DNA of 63,620 bases from Candidatus Kerfeldbacteria bacterium. GTDB lineage: Bacteria > Patescibacteriota > Patescibacteriia > SBBC01 > CAIJZX01. The stretch covers positions 1 through 63,620 of the forward strand of contig CAIJZX010000032.1 of NCBI GenBank assembly GCA_903825245.1, read 5' to 3'. Below, in pieces: positions 54,024 to 63,620 of the stretch. Each line of letters begins with the position of its first letter. Position 1 is the first letter of the stretch. The position numbers and the translations under genes are program-made. The notes below the pieces were generated by a model, which worked only from the letters and a program-made list of their open reading frames with translations, was not told where the DNA came from and did no database searches.

Positions 54024-55655
54024 ATGCATTGGCACTCCACAACAAAGCAGTTTCTCGCTCGACAGTGGCCCTGGCTTTCCTACGTAACGGTGTACGTTAT
54101 CGCTTTTGCGTTGTTCATGGTTTTTCAGGCCAGTCCGTACTTTGCCGATCCGGATTCGTTCTACCACGCCAAGATGGCGCTCCTCATTCGCGATCAAGGG
54201 ATTATCCACCAGTTTCCTTGGCTGCAGTTGACGGTACTGGGACAGCAATATACCGATCAACATTTTCTGTACCACGTGCTGTTGATACCGTTTGAGACCT
54301 GGTTCGGACCGCTGATCGGTCTCAAATTAGCAACCGTGGTCTTTGGCGCCACATTGGCGACAGTTTTTTACTGGGCATGCCGACGACTCGGTGTGCGCTG
54401 GGCATTTGCTTTTACCATGATTTTCTTAGCCGTGCGACCACTGACCTTCCGCATCGCTTTAGCGAAGGCGCCAAGCACGTCATTGATCATTCTTTTGATT
54501 GGTATTGTGTGGTTGTTTGAGCGAAAACTGAAGCGACTATTCGTGCTGGGTTTTATTTACGTTTGGTACTATGGAGGATTTCCATTGCTTGGCGTTAGTG
54601 CGGCCGTTATTAGTACCACCAACTGGTTTTATAACCGCTTCATCACCCGACACACCAGCGAACGCTACCTTGATAAAGTGTTGAGCACCGTCCATCGCGG
54701 ACTGCGAAAGAATCGCCGTCGCTGGCCGAATTTGCAGCTCTTCGCGGTAGCTATCGGTAGCTTGGTAGCTGGACTCGTGTTCAATCCGTATTTTCCGGGC
54801 AATTTGTTTTTCTACGAGCACCAGTTAATAAATATTGGTATTATTAATTTTCAAAAAGTTATTGGTGTTGGTAACGAATGGTATCCCTATAAAATTGTCG
54901 ACCTCCTCACGAATGGTGCCTTTGTTTCGTTACTGTTATTGCTAGCGATGGTTGGGATAATGCTACGTTGGCGCGCGCAAACCAAGCGGTCCTGGGCACT
55001 GGCCATACTCGCGGTTTTTTCGTTTGTCCTAACACTCAAATCACGACGGTATGTTGAGTACTATGTACCGTTGACCATGTTATTTACTGCAGTCAGTATT
55101 TCCGACTCACTGCGAGGAGTAAGTCTGCCGCGTACGGCTCACCAGTTGTCGGTTTGGTTTTTTCAGCGCCGTTTCGGTCAAGTCATTGGTGCGCTGATTG
55201 CGGTCTATCTGGCGCTTGGGATTGGATACGTTGCTGGTCGGGATTTTCGTAATGAACTAAACGACCTCCATCAGGGTTTCCGCGTTGATAAATTTCAAGC
55301 GGTAGGCCAGTGGTTATCGGCGAACACGCCAGCGGGAAGCCGTATTGTTCACTCAGACTGGGACGAATTCCCAGTGCTCTTCTACCAGGATAGCCACAAC
55401 ACATATATTGTTGGTCTTGATCCCACATTCCTCTACATGGCCAATAAGGACACATACTGGACATGGGCTCACATAACACTTGGTCAGTTTAACGGTGATC
55501 TGGTATCAGCTGTTCGCGATACGTTGAAGAGTCAGTATGTGTTCATAGCCGCTGGGCACGAAGCGATGGACGCAGAATTCCGAAATAACCCTAATTTTAG
55601 GATCATCTACCAAGACGCCGAAGCAAAAGTTTACCAACTGGTGCCAGCAACATGA
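54024..55655 (+). CDS. GT-C-fold-like polytopic membrane glycosyltransferase (ArnT/PMT/STT3-like)
   Basis: More than 10 TM helices; first loop FADPDSFYHAKMA (DxD-type loop); soluble C-terminal domain. Confidence 0.5.
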   Translation: MHWHSTTKQFLARQWPWLSYVTVYVIAFALFMVFQASPYFADPDSFYHAKMALLIRDQGIIHQFPWLQLTVLGQQYTDQHFLYHVLLIPFETWFGPLIGLKLATVVFGATLATVFYWACRRLGVRWAFAFTMIFLAVRPLTFRIALAKAPSTSLIILLIGIVWLFERKLKRLFVLGFIYVWYYGGFPLLGVSAAVISTTNWFYNRFITRHTSERYLDKVLSTVHRGLRKNRRRWPNLQLFAVAIGSLVAGLVFNPYFPGNLFFYEHQLINIGIINFQKVIGVGNEWYPYKIVDLLTNGAFVSLLLLLAMVGIMLRWRAQTKRSWALAILAVFSFVLTLKSRRYVEYYVPLTMLFTAVSISDSLRGVSLPRTAHQLSVWFFQRRFGQVIGALIAVYLALGIGYVAGRDFRNELNDLHQGFRVDKFQAVGQWLSANTPAGSRIVHSDWDEFPVLFYQDSHNTYIVGLDPTFLYMANKDTYWTWAHITLGQFNGDLVSAVRDTLKSQYVFIAAGHEAMDAEFRNNPNFRIIYQDAEAKVYQLVPAT

Positions 55656-56998
55656 CGCGCGCGGATGCGCCTGAGCCGACGAACTCGGCAAACGCCCTAC
55701 TACTCCTAGGCGGATCGTTTTTAGGCGTGGCTATGGTGGCTAAGAACGCGATCCCGCCGTATTTTGCGGATCTCAGAAACCTGCTGGCCATTTCCCTTGT
55801 TTCTCTTGTCGGTCCTTGTTTGTACTACCTGGTTGGCCTTCGTCCATCGTTTGCCGGCGATCGACGACGGTTTTGGATCGCCGCCGCAACGTGCGGGCTG
55901 ATTGTTTTTGGTTTGATGGCGAAGCAAGTTACGCTTCGTGGTTCAGAGCACCTGCCAGTAGGTATTCATGATGGTGCTGTGCAGACAGAGGTAGCCGCCC
56001 AAAAACTACTGAGCGGTGAAAACCCCTATGGCGCCGATTATCGGAGTACTCCATACCAGGCTCTCAATCCGCCAATCGTTGGTGGGCCGACTGATAACGT
56101 TGTCTGGCATCATTATATGTATCCGCCGGTGACAATTCTCTTGACGGCTGGGTTAGATATCATAGCGCGCGTAGTTCACGCTCAGGCCGACTTTCGATTT
56201 ATCACCATGGGCGCCGCGCTGGTGTTGGCGCTGGTGTTACTCATGCGCGCAACAAGTTGGAGCGACCGAACGCGTCGACTTCTGCTGATACTTGGAAACC
56301 CGGCAGTATGGATTTTCGTACTCATTGGCGCAAATGAATCGGTAGTGTTGTTAGCGCTAGTAGCGGTGGCATGGCTAACACAACAACGACGGTGGTTGTT
56401 GGCGGGGATGATGATGGGTATTGCACTGGGCACGAAACAAAGCGCTTGGTTGGCGTTACCGTTGTGGTTCATTTGGCTTTGGGCGATGGCACGAAAAAAA
56501 GAACTTTCAAGCCGCGGCATGAGAACTATTGGCGCCAGCCTCATCGGCATGGTGGCGTTAATTTTTGGGCCGTTTATTGTCTGGAGTTGGCAGGCATTTT
56601 TCCGTGACATTATCACCTATGCCTCCGGAGCAATTCCCTATACATATCCAATTTCCGGCACAACGTTTCTCCAATATCTTCATATCTGGCACGTTGTGCC
56701 TTCGGCCTGGACGGTTATTTCTGCCGCACCATTTCAACTGCTCGTGGGTTTGCCAATGTTATATATTTTGGGACGGTGGATATACCGTAATCCGAGCGTG
56801 AGTAATTGGTTGTTAGCTGTGGCGCTGTTTATACTTTCTATTTTGCTTGTCAGTCGGTATCTCAACAATAACTATGTTTCACTTATTATTGGTCTGTGCG
56901 TTGTTGCCTATCTTCAACAAACAATCGCCGTGCCCGAAGTGCTCCCAGTCCTGGTGGCGGTGCGGCCAGCGAAACACACACCCCCATCAACGTCATGA
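55652..56998 (+). CDS. Polytopic membrane protein, DUF2029/GT87-like
   Basis: YMYPPVTILL motif; about 10 TM helices; ATGA overlap with the upstream stop. Confidence 0.45.
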   Translation: MTRADAPEPTNSANALLLLGGSFLGVAMVAKNAIPPYFADLRNLLAISLVSLVGPCLYYLVGLRPSFAGDRRRFWIAAATCGLIVFGLMAKQVTLRGSEHLPVGIHDGAVQTEVAAQKLLSGENPYGADYRSTPYQALNPPIVGGPTDNVVWHHYMYPPVTILLTAGLDIIARVVHAQADFRFITMGAALVLALVLLMRATSWSDRTRRLLLILGNPAVWIFVLIGANESVVLLALVAVAWLTQQRRWLLAGMMMGIALGTKQSAWLALPLWFIWLWAMARKKELSSRGMRTIGASLIGMVALIFGPFIVWSWQAFFRDIITYASGAIPYTYPISGTTFLQYLHIWHVVPSAWTVISAAPFQLLVGLPMLYILGRWIYRNPSVSNWLLAVALFILSILLVSRYLNNNYVSLIIGLCVVAYLQQTIAVPEVLPVLVAVRPAKHTPPSTS

Positions 56999-58596
56999 AT
57001 AATCGTCGCTTTTTTTTATTCTCATCTTTAATAATTATCCTGGTAGCGACATTACCATATCTTATTGGGCTGGCACTTACTCCTCACAACGCAATGTTTT
57101 TCGGTAATCGAGTAATAGCGCCGGCCGATTTCAGCATCTACTACAGCTATATCAACCAAGGACGCCTAGGTCACCTGTTCATGAGTGATGCCTTCACGAG
57201 CGAGCCGTACCCGGCCACGCTCATTCAGCCACTATGGCTGGTGCTAGGGCTAGCGGCTAGAGCGCTACACATCAGTGCCCCAGCAATTTTTGCGATCGCT
57301 CGGGTATTGGCAATTCCAGTGTTTCTGTGGACACTGTGGTGGGCGACAGGCTGGATTTGGCCAGATGACTCTACGAAACGACGGATTGGATATATTTTCC
57401 CCATCGTGGCCAGCGGCCTGGGCGGCCTTGCCATACTGTTTCAGACTGGTAGCATAACCAACAACATTTGGACGTATCCTGATTTATGGGTTTCCGAGGC
57501 TTATACCATGCTCACGCTTGGTAGTAGTCCGCACTTTATTTTGGTTACCGCCGGGATCATATTTATTTTAGTTAGTGTGGAGCGTTCGTGGTCGAGCGCG
57601 ACGTGGCGGCCAACAATTCTAGCGGGCATCGTCGCATTATTGACCCTATCAATTCATCCGTTTCATGTTCTTACCTGGTTCATTGTATGGTTACTATTAA
57701 CAATCTGGCGCTGGATTCAAAGTCGTAAGTTTCCGTGGTCATATGTTGTGCGCTGGATGACGGTGATATTTATGGCCAGTCCAGTCTTGTTGTTGTATGC
57801 CCTACAACTTCTGACCGACCCGCTAACCATTAATCGTGCAATACAAAATATTAATACCACCACGCCGCTCTGGATGACGATTATTGGTTTAGGTTTGCCC
57901 CTGTTCGCTGGCGGGTTTGGTGTGTTAATGTGGAAACCAAAAGACGAGCGCTGGCGTTTTATTGTGGCCTTAGTAGTAAGTTATTTTGTGGCCATATATT
58001 TACCCTTGGCATTCCAGCGGAGGCTGAGCCAGGGAATAATGATACCGATCGCGTGGTTGGCGGTGCCGGCAGTTGTCGCGCTGTTTGAGTATTGGCGTCG
58101 AAAATATGAACTCTTGGCGCCGGTCATTATTTTCTTTGCCCTGCTTCTTGTCTCGTCGACGTGGCTGCTTGTTGACTACGTTACGGTCGCTGATTATTTC
58201 CGCGACCTAAGTCTGCCCGCGCGCATGTACTATGTTCCCCAGAAGTACCTGGCGTTAGGAAAATATTTACAAACCACAAAACTGGATCAACCGGTGATGT
58301 CAACTCTTCTGGAAGGTAACGTTCTGGGTGCACTCTCGGCGCACCATTTTTATATCGGCTATGGCGTAGAAACAATAAACTTTAGCGCCAAACTAGACAC
58401 CATCAATCTTTTTTATCAAACAATGACCATCGAACAACAACGTGGTCTGCTACAGCAAAACAGCCTCTGTTATGTTATTGATAGTTCGCGAACGCGCGCC
58501 TATGGCCAAGCCTTTCAACCGCAACTGTGGCCCGATCTTCGCGCCGTTTGGTCGGGTGCGGATATTGTTCTCTATCGTACACCATACTGCCGATGA
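56995..58596 (+). CDS. Large polytopic membrane protein (GT-C-like), paralog 1
   Basis: ATGA overlap; shares ...F.S..(F/L)TSE......L..PLWLV.G....L.HIS with the next gene. Confidence 0.45.
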   Translation: MNNRRFFLFSSLIIILVATLPYLIGLALTPHNAMFFGNRVIAPADFSIYYSYINQGRLGHLFMSDAFTSEPYPATLIQPLWLVLGLAARALHISAPAIFAIARVLAIPVFLWTLWWATGWIWPDDSTKRRIGYIFPIVASGLGGLAILFQTGSITNNIWTYPDLWVSEAYTMLTLGSSPHFILVTAGIIFILVSVERSWSSATWRPTILAGIVALLTLSIHPFHVLTWFIVWLLLTIWRWIQSRKFPWSYVVRWMTVIFMASPVLLLYALQLLTDPLTINRAIQNINTTTPLWMTIIGLGLPLFAGGFGVLMWKPKDERWRFIVALVVSYFVAIYLPLAFQRRLSQGIMIPIAWLAVPAVVALFEYWRRKYELLAPVIIFFALLLVSSTWLLVDYVTVADYFRDLSLPARMYYVPQKYLALGKYLQTTKLDQPVMSTLLEGNVLGALSAHHFYIGYGVETINFSAKLDTINLFYQTMTIEQQRGLLQQNSLCYVIDSSRTRAYGQAFQPQLWPDLRAVWSGADIVLYRTPYCR

Positions 58597-60188
58597 TTCG
58601 CTGGCGCTGGACACTATTGATAGTTGTCGGGATGTGGGTGGTGACGAGCCTGCCGCAGGTTGTTGGGGTGATACAACAAGGAAAATATGGCGAGTTCTTA
58701 GCGCCGGTCCAAAGCAGTCCGGCTGATGCCGCGGCGTACTACTCAAACATAGAGCAGGCAAAACAAGGTCGACTTCTTTTTTCCAACCAACTCACCAGCG
58801 AAGCCCAGCAACCATCGTTATTCCATCCGCTGTGGTTAGTCACCGGCTGGATGGCGGCACTGTTCCACATCAGCTCAGAGTTGGCATTTTTTCTCGTCCG
58901 TCTCATGGCGGTGGCGGTATTTATTCTGGTAGTACGACGATTGTTGCCAGCATTTTTCCCTGATTCTCGAGAACAATTGTTGGCGCTGATCGTGTTAGTA
59001 ACAAGCTCCGGCGTGGGCTGGCTTTTTGCTAATCATGATTACTCCGGATTAGCGGTATTGCATGCGCCGACCGACCTATGGGTGGCAGAGAGTAACACAT
59101 TTCAAACGTTAGTTCACTCGGCACAGTTTATTTTTGGTGAGGGGGTGCTGTTGATTACCGTTTGGGCGACATTCATGCGCACCCAGAATCAACGAATTTC
59201 CTTTGAGCGTTGGATTGGCCCGGCATTACTTTTGTTGGCCTGTATACATCCCTATGATTTAGTAACGGCTTTCACGGTGTCGCTGGTCTGGGTTTTGTTG
59301 TGGCTGGTACTGGAGATGCCCAGTCGGCAAAGGTGTCGAGCGATGGCGATATGGTTATTTCGAACCTGGTGCTGGGTGGTGCCAGCAGTGGCCTATTACT
59401 GGTTTGGCCCAATGCAACAACTGGCGGTGCGCGGATGGTTTGCTCAAAACATTACACTGCCGACTACGCCGTTAGCGGAAGTTCTCGGGATGGGGCTATT
59501 GTTACCGTTAGCGGTGGTGGCCATCTTCCGTTCTGCGCCGAACCAGCGTCGGCAGGTTCAGTTTTTGGTAACCTGGTTGTGTACTTCTATTGTTTTATCA
59601 TACCTACCCCACGTGAGTATCGCGCGAAGATTTCTTGGGGGAATACACATTCCTTTGGCGTTATTAGCGGCCATCGGAATTCTTCAAACCCAGAAAATCA
59701 TTTTAAAAAAATTCCAAACCGCGTTCGTAATCTGCTTGATGCTTTTTCTATCGATGACAAATATTAAAATGGTGCAAGGCTATATCTACGAAATTACTCA
59801 CCCGGCACGCGCCCAAGAGCAGCTCTATATGACTACCGACATGCAGCGCGCCCTGGTGTGGCTTCGAAACCATAGTAGCCTGGATCAGGTAGTCTGGGCA
59901 TCCTTTTGGAATAGCAATACGCTGGTTGGACAAATCGCCCGCCCGGTTGTTTTTGCTCATCCAAACCAAACCGTGAAGTCATGGGATCGTGAAAAAGACT
60001 GGAAACAATTTATACAGCAAAACCTTAGTCAGTCAGATCGACAAGCAATGGTGGGTCGATTACGGGTGCACTGGTTACTGTGGACAACCGAAGATCAACA
60101 GCAAGCCAGCTACCATCCGGCCGCTGATTCCATGTGGCGCGCGGTGTTGACGACCCCGACGGTCACGGTCTATGAATTACAACCGTAG
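58593..60188 (+). CDS. Large polytopic membrane protein (GT-C-like), paralog 2
   Basis: ATGA overlap; paralogous to 56995..58596. Confidence 0.45.
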   Translation: MIRWRWTLLIVVGMWVVTSLPQVVGVIQQGKYGEFLAPVQSSPADAAAYYSNIEQAKQGRLLFSNQLTSEAQQPSLFHPLWLVTGWMAALFHISSELAFFLVRLMAVAVFILVVRRLLPAFFPDSREQLLALIVLVTSSGVGWLFANHDYSGLAVLHAPTDLWVAESNTFQTLVHSAQFIFGEGVLLITVWATFMRTQNQRISFERWIGPALLLLACIHPYDLVTAFTVSLVWVLLWLVLEMPSRQRCRAMAIWLFRTWCWVVPAVAYYWFGPMQQLAVRGWFAQNITLPTTPLAEVLGMGLLLPLAVVAIFRSAPNQRRQVQFLVTWLCTSIVLSYLPHVSIARRFLGGIHIPLALLAAIGILQTQKIILKKFQTAFVICLMLFLSMTNIKMVQGYIYEITHPARAQEQLYMTTDMQRALVWLRNHSSLDQVVWASFWNSNTLVGQIARPVVFAHPNQTVKSWDREKDWKQFIQQNLSQSDRQAMVGRLRVHWLLWTTEDQQQASYHPAADSMWRAVLTTPTVTVYELQP

Positions 60189-62105
60189 CGTGCCGACAGT
60201 AACTTGGCCGAGCTGTTTGCTGGAATCAATAATATCCTGAAACGTGCGCAGTCGATTTAATCGATACCGACCCTGAGGAATATATATTTCGGCGGTTATC
60301 GTGACTGTGCCGTGCCACGCGTTTGAAACCAATACCGTGTCATGGGTTCGCCACGTTGAACCGATCGGCCACTCACTCGCCGGTTGCGGCCCCTGACCAA
60401 TGATACGCGGTTGCTGATCAAGGATGGTACCGTTTTGTCTAATAGTGTAACGAATGGAAACCGGACTGTCTTGTTTGGTGCTGATTGCTTGCCAGGCGTT
60501 AGTGATGGTAATCACGCGTTGCCCAAGTGCTGGGTCAGACGCAAGAGACAGTGTTGGTTGGCCAACCATGGCCACTGAACCCATAGTAATATGTGGTTCG
60601 TTTTTTGTATCGGACGGCGTTGAACTTGTATCGGCACTCCCGCCACGTCGGTATACAGTGATGGTGCCATAGCGAGCCACCACACCTAAGCCCTGCCGTG
60701 TGAATTCGTTTTGGATTCTTTGGAGGCCACTCTGGCCCTGAAAAACAGTTGTGAGGTAAAGGAATTGGTAGTCGTATAATTGTTGCCAATCAATAACCGC
60801 CACGTCGATGTCGGTAGGAATAGTATAGGGAATCTCTGAGTATTGTCGGCGGCCAAGGTAGAGGTAGTTAAAGGAGTACAGTGCACTTCGGTTCGCGAGC
60901 GACGGTAAAAAAGCAAACGTGGTTAAAACACGATCGTTCGGTTGGACGTCACGGACAGCGCGGAGCATAGCGGTAGAGGTAGGAAGGGGTTCATGTTGAA
61001 CGCCGCTCCAGGGCCACTCAGCTGGTCCGATAACGAGCGACGAGTAAAGCGGGGCAACGATGGCAAGTAAGGGAATAGCAACCCCGGCCACTCGACGATC
61101 AAGGCGAGGCAACAGCTTACCGCGGCGAAAATCGCGCAGCGCCTCGAATGCCGCCCAGGCAATGAACGGTAAAAACGGTATGGTGTAATGGAGTCGGAGG
61201 TAGGTGCCCGGCTGACTATTTCCGATGAGTAACTGAGCCCCGACCAAAAGGAGTGGCCACAGACGCCGCGGTCGGAGCCAACAGAGAAACCCGACGGTGA
61301 CCGTGAGGCCAATAATCGTGCCAAGATTATTAAAAGTAATAATTTGTTGGAGAAAGAGTAGTGGATGACGAAACGGAAAGGTTACTATTTCAGTCGGCGT
61401 TGTTCCCAGCCAGCGGTAGAAGGCCATGTATTTATACACCCCATCATGGTTGGCAGTACGAATGATTTCCTGAGCCGCCGGAAACCAACCAGCGGCGAAC
61501 ACAAGGGCTGGTGCCCACCAACGCCACGAGCGTCGGTCGATTGCCGCCAGTATGCCCCAGCCGGCCACAATGAACGGCATATCTTCGCGCACGAACAAAA
61601 TCAACACCAAACTGACAAGCCACAAATTTAGTCGCCGCTCGCTATACCACCAAATTGACCACAATAATAAGGGGAGAGCAAACGCCATTCCATGAAACTC
61701 GTAGAGGGCGACATTATAAAGTAGGGGATGGACGACGAATAACGCGCACACAACAATGCTTATCTTTCCGTTGAGTAGTTTATTTGCTAACTTGGCTAAC
61801 GGAATGAGCGACGAGGCGAGGACGAGCGTCTGAATCCAGAGGAGTGTTAGTGGAGAACCCCACAAACGATATACCCAGCTCACCGGAATTAACCACAACT
61901 CGAGATGGTCGCCAAGGTAGGACGGATCATGAATGCTGGAAGCAAAACCGTGGCCATGTGCGAGCGACCACACGACCTGGGAGTAAATACCGAGATCTAA
62001 TCCATTATATCCAAAATGAGTATACTTCCACCATTGCAACCACCCGATAGCAATGACGAATATCGTGCCTAGTAATCCGATCCATAGCCACTGCTGTTTT
62101 TTCAT
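60177..62105 (-). CDS. DUF2079-like polytopic membrane protein with beta-rich C-terminal domain
   Basis: N-terminal ...GYNGLDLGIYSQVVWSLAHGHGFASSIH... pattern. Confidence 0.5.
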   Translation of the reverse strand: MKKQQWLWIGLLGTIFVIAIGWLQWWKYTHFGYNGLDLGIYSQVVWSLAHGHGFASSIHDPSYLGDHLELWLIPVSWVYRLWGSPLTLLWIQTLVLASSLIPLAKLANKLLNGKISIVVCALFVVHPLLYNVALYEFHGMAFALPLLLWSIWWYSERRLNLWLVSLVLILFVREDMPFIVAGWGILAAIDRRSWRWWAPALVFAAGWFPAAQEIIRTANHDGVYKYMAFYRWLGTTPTEIVTFPFRHPLLFLQQIITFNNLGTIIGLTVTVGFLCWLRPRRLWPLLLVGAQLLIGNSQPGTYLRLHYTIPFLPFIAWAAFEALRDFRRGKLLPRLDRRVAGVAIPLLAIVAPLYSSLVIGPAEWPWSGVQHEPLPTSTAMLRAVRDVQPNDRVLTTFAFLPSLANRSALYSFNYLYLGRRQYSEIPYTIPTDIDVAVIDWQQLYDYQFLYLTTVFQGQSGLQRIQNEFTRQGLGVVARYGTITVYRRGGSADTSSTPSDTKNEPHITMGSVAMVGQPTLSLASDPALGQRVITITNAWQAISTKQDSPVSIRYTIRQNGTILDQQPRIIGQGPQPASEWPIGSTWRTHDTVLVSNAWHGTVTITAEIYIPQGRYRLNRLRTFQDIIDSSKQLGQVTVGTLRL

Positions 62106-62189
62106 AGACGGTCATTGTACCATTGACGTCAGGCTCTCGGCCACCCCGGCCTGGCTCCTGTGATGGCAATAGGTGGTGTATACCAAACC

Positions 62190-62213
62190 GCCTCCGCTTT
62201 CGCGGAGACGGCA
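62190..62213 (-). terminator. Terminator hairpin after the pilin-like gene
   Basis: Plus-strand CCGCCTCCGC-tttc-GCGGAGACGG; the minus-strand reading is followed by TTTGG. Confidence 0.55.
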
Positions 62214-62233
62214 TGGAAGAATTCAGAAGGGAG

Positions 62234-62620
62234 TTAGGCGTTCGATGTAACGTTCGTTGTCGTTTTCGCAACGAAGATAACAACAGCCCAGGCGAGAAGA
62301 ACGATGATTAAGCCGATAACTGCAGCAGAAATAATTTTCTTTGCTTGATCAACTTTTTCCTCATTACCGCCAGCGGTGAGCCAGGTGAAGCCGCCGATGA
62401 TGATCATGACCACCGCGACGAGAGCCAAAAGGCCGAGTGCGAGGTTCAAAATATTCATTACCGTTTGCTTCAAGTCGCCATTACCGAGACCGAGCGAACT
62501 GCCGATCGAGTCCATACTGTATGTTGTGGCCTCTGTTGCAGCGTGGCTGACGACTGGAAGCGCGAGCATGCTGATGGAGCCGGCGATGACCGCGAATCTA
62601 GCAAGTTTATTCATTTTCAT
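62234..62620 (-). CDS. VirB2/TrbC-like (T4SS-pilin-like) small membrane protein, copy 1
   Basis: Signal peptide ...SHAA; two TM helices flanking GGFTWLTAGGNEEKV. Confidence 0.5.
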   Translation of the reverse strand: MKMNKLARFAVIAGSISMLALPVVSHAATEATTYSMDSIGSSLGLGNGDLKQTVMNILNLALGLLALVAVVMIIIGGFTWLTAGGNEEKVDQAKKIISAAVIGLIIVLLAWAVVIFVAKTTTNVTSNA

Positions 62621-62661
62621 GTGTATTCACCCCCTTTCGATGGGAAATATTTTTCAACAGA

Positions 62662-63048
62662 TTAGGAATTACTTGTAACGTTCGAAGTGGTGTTGGCCAC
62701 AAAGAGGACAATAGCCCAGGCGAGAAGAACGATGATTAAGCCGATAACGGCAGCGGAAATAATTCTCTTTGCTTTTTCAACATTCTCTTCATTTCCAGCG
62801 GCAGTAAGCCAGGTGAAGCCGCCGTAAATGATGAGGACGACCGCAACGAGAGCCATTAATCCGAGGGCTAGGCGGATAATGTTGAGAACCGTTGTTTTTA
62901 AGTCCGCATTACCAAGACCAATCGAGCCGCCAATCGGTTCAATACTATATGATGTTACCGGCGCCGCAGCGTGCAGAACCATTGGAGCAGTGAATGTAGC
63001 AAAAACACCGATCAAGAGTGCTACTTTGGCGATTTTTTGTAAACGCAT
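62662..63048 (-). CDS. VirB2/TrbC-like small membrane protein, copy 2 (tandem paralog)
   Basis: 128 aa from ATG 63048; C-terminal half nearly identical to copy 1, including long identical DNA runs. Confidence 0.5.
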   Translation of the reverse strand: MRLQKIAKVALLIGVFATFTAPMVLHAAAPVTSYSIEPIGGSIGLGNADLKTTVLNIIRLALGLMALVAVVLIIYGGFTWLTAAGNEENVEKAKRIISAAVIGLIIVLLAWAIVLFVANTTSNVTSNS

Positions 63049-63173
63049 ATGTGTATGCTTAGATAATATTTTGTAAAAAATCCTTTTTATGAGCAATGAA
63101 TCTCCAGACTGGACCGCCCATGCACAGAGATTATTACGAAAAGTACCCAATTTGTCAACTAAGTTATCCTCAG

Positions 63174-63268
63174 CCCCGTTAGAAGTGGGGAAATACGACT
63201 ATGAAAAAGGACTTTTGGACGCGAAAGGTCTTGATGTAGGAAATAAAAAAGCCTCGCCTCTAACGGGG
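63174..63268. repeat. Inverted-repeat element B (same arm motif as element A, 68-nt spacer)
   Basis: CCCCGTTAGAAG (63174-63185) and TCGCCTCTAACGGGG (63254-63268). Confidence 0.65.
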
Positions 63269-63348
63269 TTCAACCCTCCCCAAAAAAAAGGAACACACAG
63301 GGTTTGATGTGATGTGTTGTCGAGATTGTATCTGTTAAATTACACAAA

Positions 63349-63373
63349 GAAGTCCCGTTGAGTGCGGGACTTC
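63349..63373 (-). terminator. Rho-independent terminator
   Basis: GAAGTCCCG-N7-CGGGACTTC, followed on the minus strand by TTTGTGTAATTT. Confidence 0.65.
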
Positions 63374-63391
63374 CTAGACAGAGAAAAATAA

Positions 63392-63620
63392 CTACCGCGA
63401 CGTCCCAGCGACGGTTTTCAGAACGAATTGGATAATCACCCAACTCAACAAAATCACGATAATACCGATCGTCGCCCACACCAGAGTTTCACGAGCTTTT
63501 TTTACTTGTTCGGCGTTCCCACCAGACGTCAACATCATGATGCCGCCCCAAATAAACATCAAGGTGGCGATAATCGCGATCGTGCCGAGGATGTAGCGAA
63601 TCACTTGACTAATAAGACAG
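63392..63620 (-). CDS. VirB2/TrbC-like small membrane protein, copy 3 (probably 5'-truncated by the window end)
   Basis: ...WGGIMMLTSGGNAEQVKKARE...; the frame stays open to the window edge. Confidence 0.45.
   Translation of the reverse strand, partial: CLISQVIRYILGTIAIIATLMFIWGGIMMLTSGGNAEQVKKARETLVWATIGIIVILLSWVIIQFVLKTVAGTSR

Noticed and set aside
1-63620. Looked for CRISPR arrays, transposases/integrases, prophage genes, restriction-modification or other recognisable defence genes, and for recoded stop codons
   Set aside because: No regularly spaced direct repeats or mobile-element or defence signature proteins were recognised. TGA clearly functions as a stop (ATGA overlaps), so the standard code applies.

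Overview
This 63.6 kb window looks like a streamlined, gene-dense bacterial chromosome, and the gene content suggests a CPR/Patescibacteria-type organism (inference only). Supporting content includes type IV pilin and PilB, VirB2-like small pilins, many GT-C membrane glycosyltransferases, a DUF721/DciA-like gene and an unlinked 16S rRNA. The standard genetic code is in use, since TGA acts as a stop in several ATGA start/stop overlaps. Landmarks in order:
- 3' end of 16S rRNA (1-133), followed by a terminator and no 23S.
- tRNA-Ile(GAU), followed by a structured GC-rich region that carries an interrupted second copy of the tRNA's D and anticodon arms.
- A surface-polysaccharide operon (flippase, GT2, two O-antigen-ligase-like genes).
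- ruvB, VanW, Hsp20, tRNA-Glu, SPFH and tsaD.
- valS, preceded by a T-box-like leader.
- pilB, a DHH phosphoesterase and tsaE.
- The replication-origin neighbourhood: yidC-yidD-rnpA-rpmH, divergent from dnaA-dnaN-DUF721.
- PBP1A and tyrS.
- Two paralogous glycogen modules (glgA plus GH57), then ruvC and yebC.
- Five consecutive large polytopic membrane proteins and a tandem array of small pilin-like genes.

The most interesting locus is a self-contained minus-strand operon at 47.47-49.82 kb, sitting between the two glycogen modules. It encodes, in order, a 43-aa Cys/Asp-rich peptide absent from the ORF track, a 215-aa HExxH protein, and a radical SAM enzyme with a SPASM/twitch-type Cys cluster and a PqqD-like C-terminal tail. 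The operon has its own promoter and terminator. I read it as a candidate uncharacterised RiPP (sacti-/ranthipeptide-like) system.

Several other short genes (rpmH, an Arc-like RHH, a Lys-rich 25-mer) and repeat elements are also missing from the ORF track. All family assignments come from motif recognition by eye; no database search was run.
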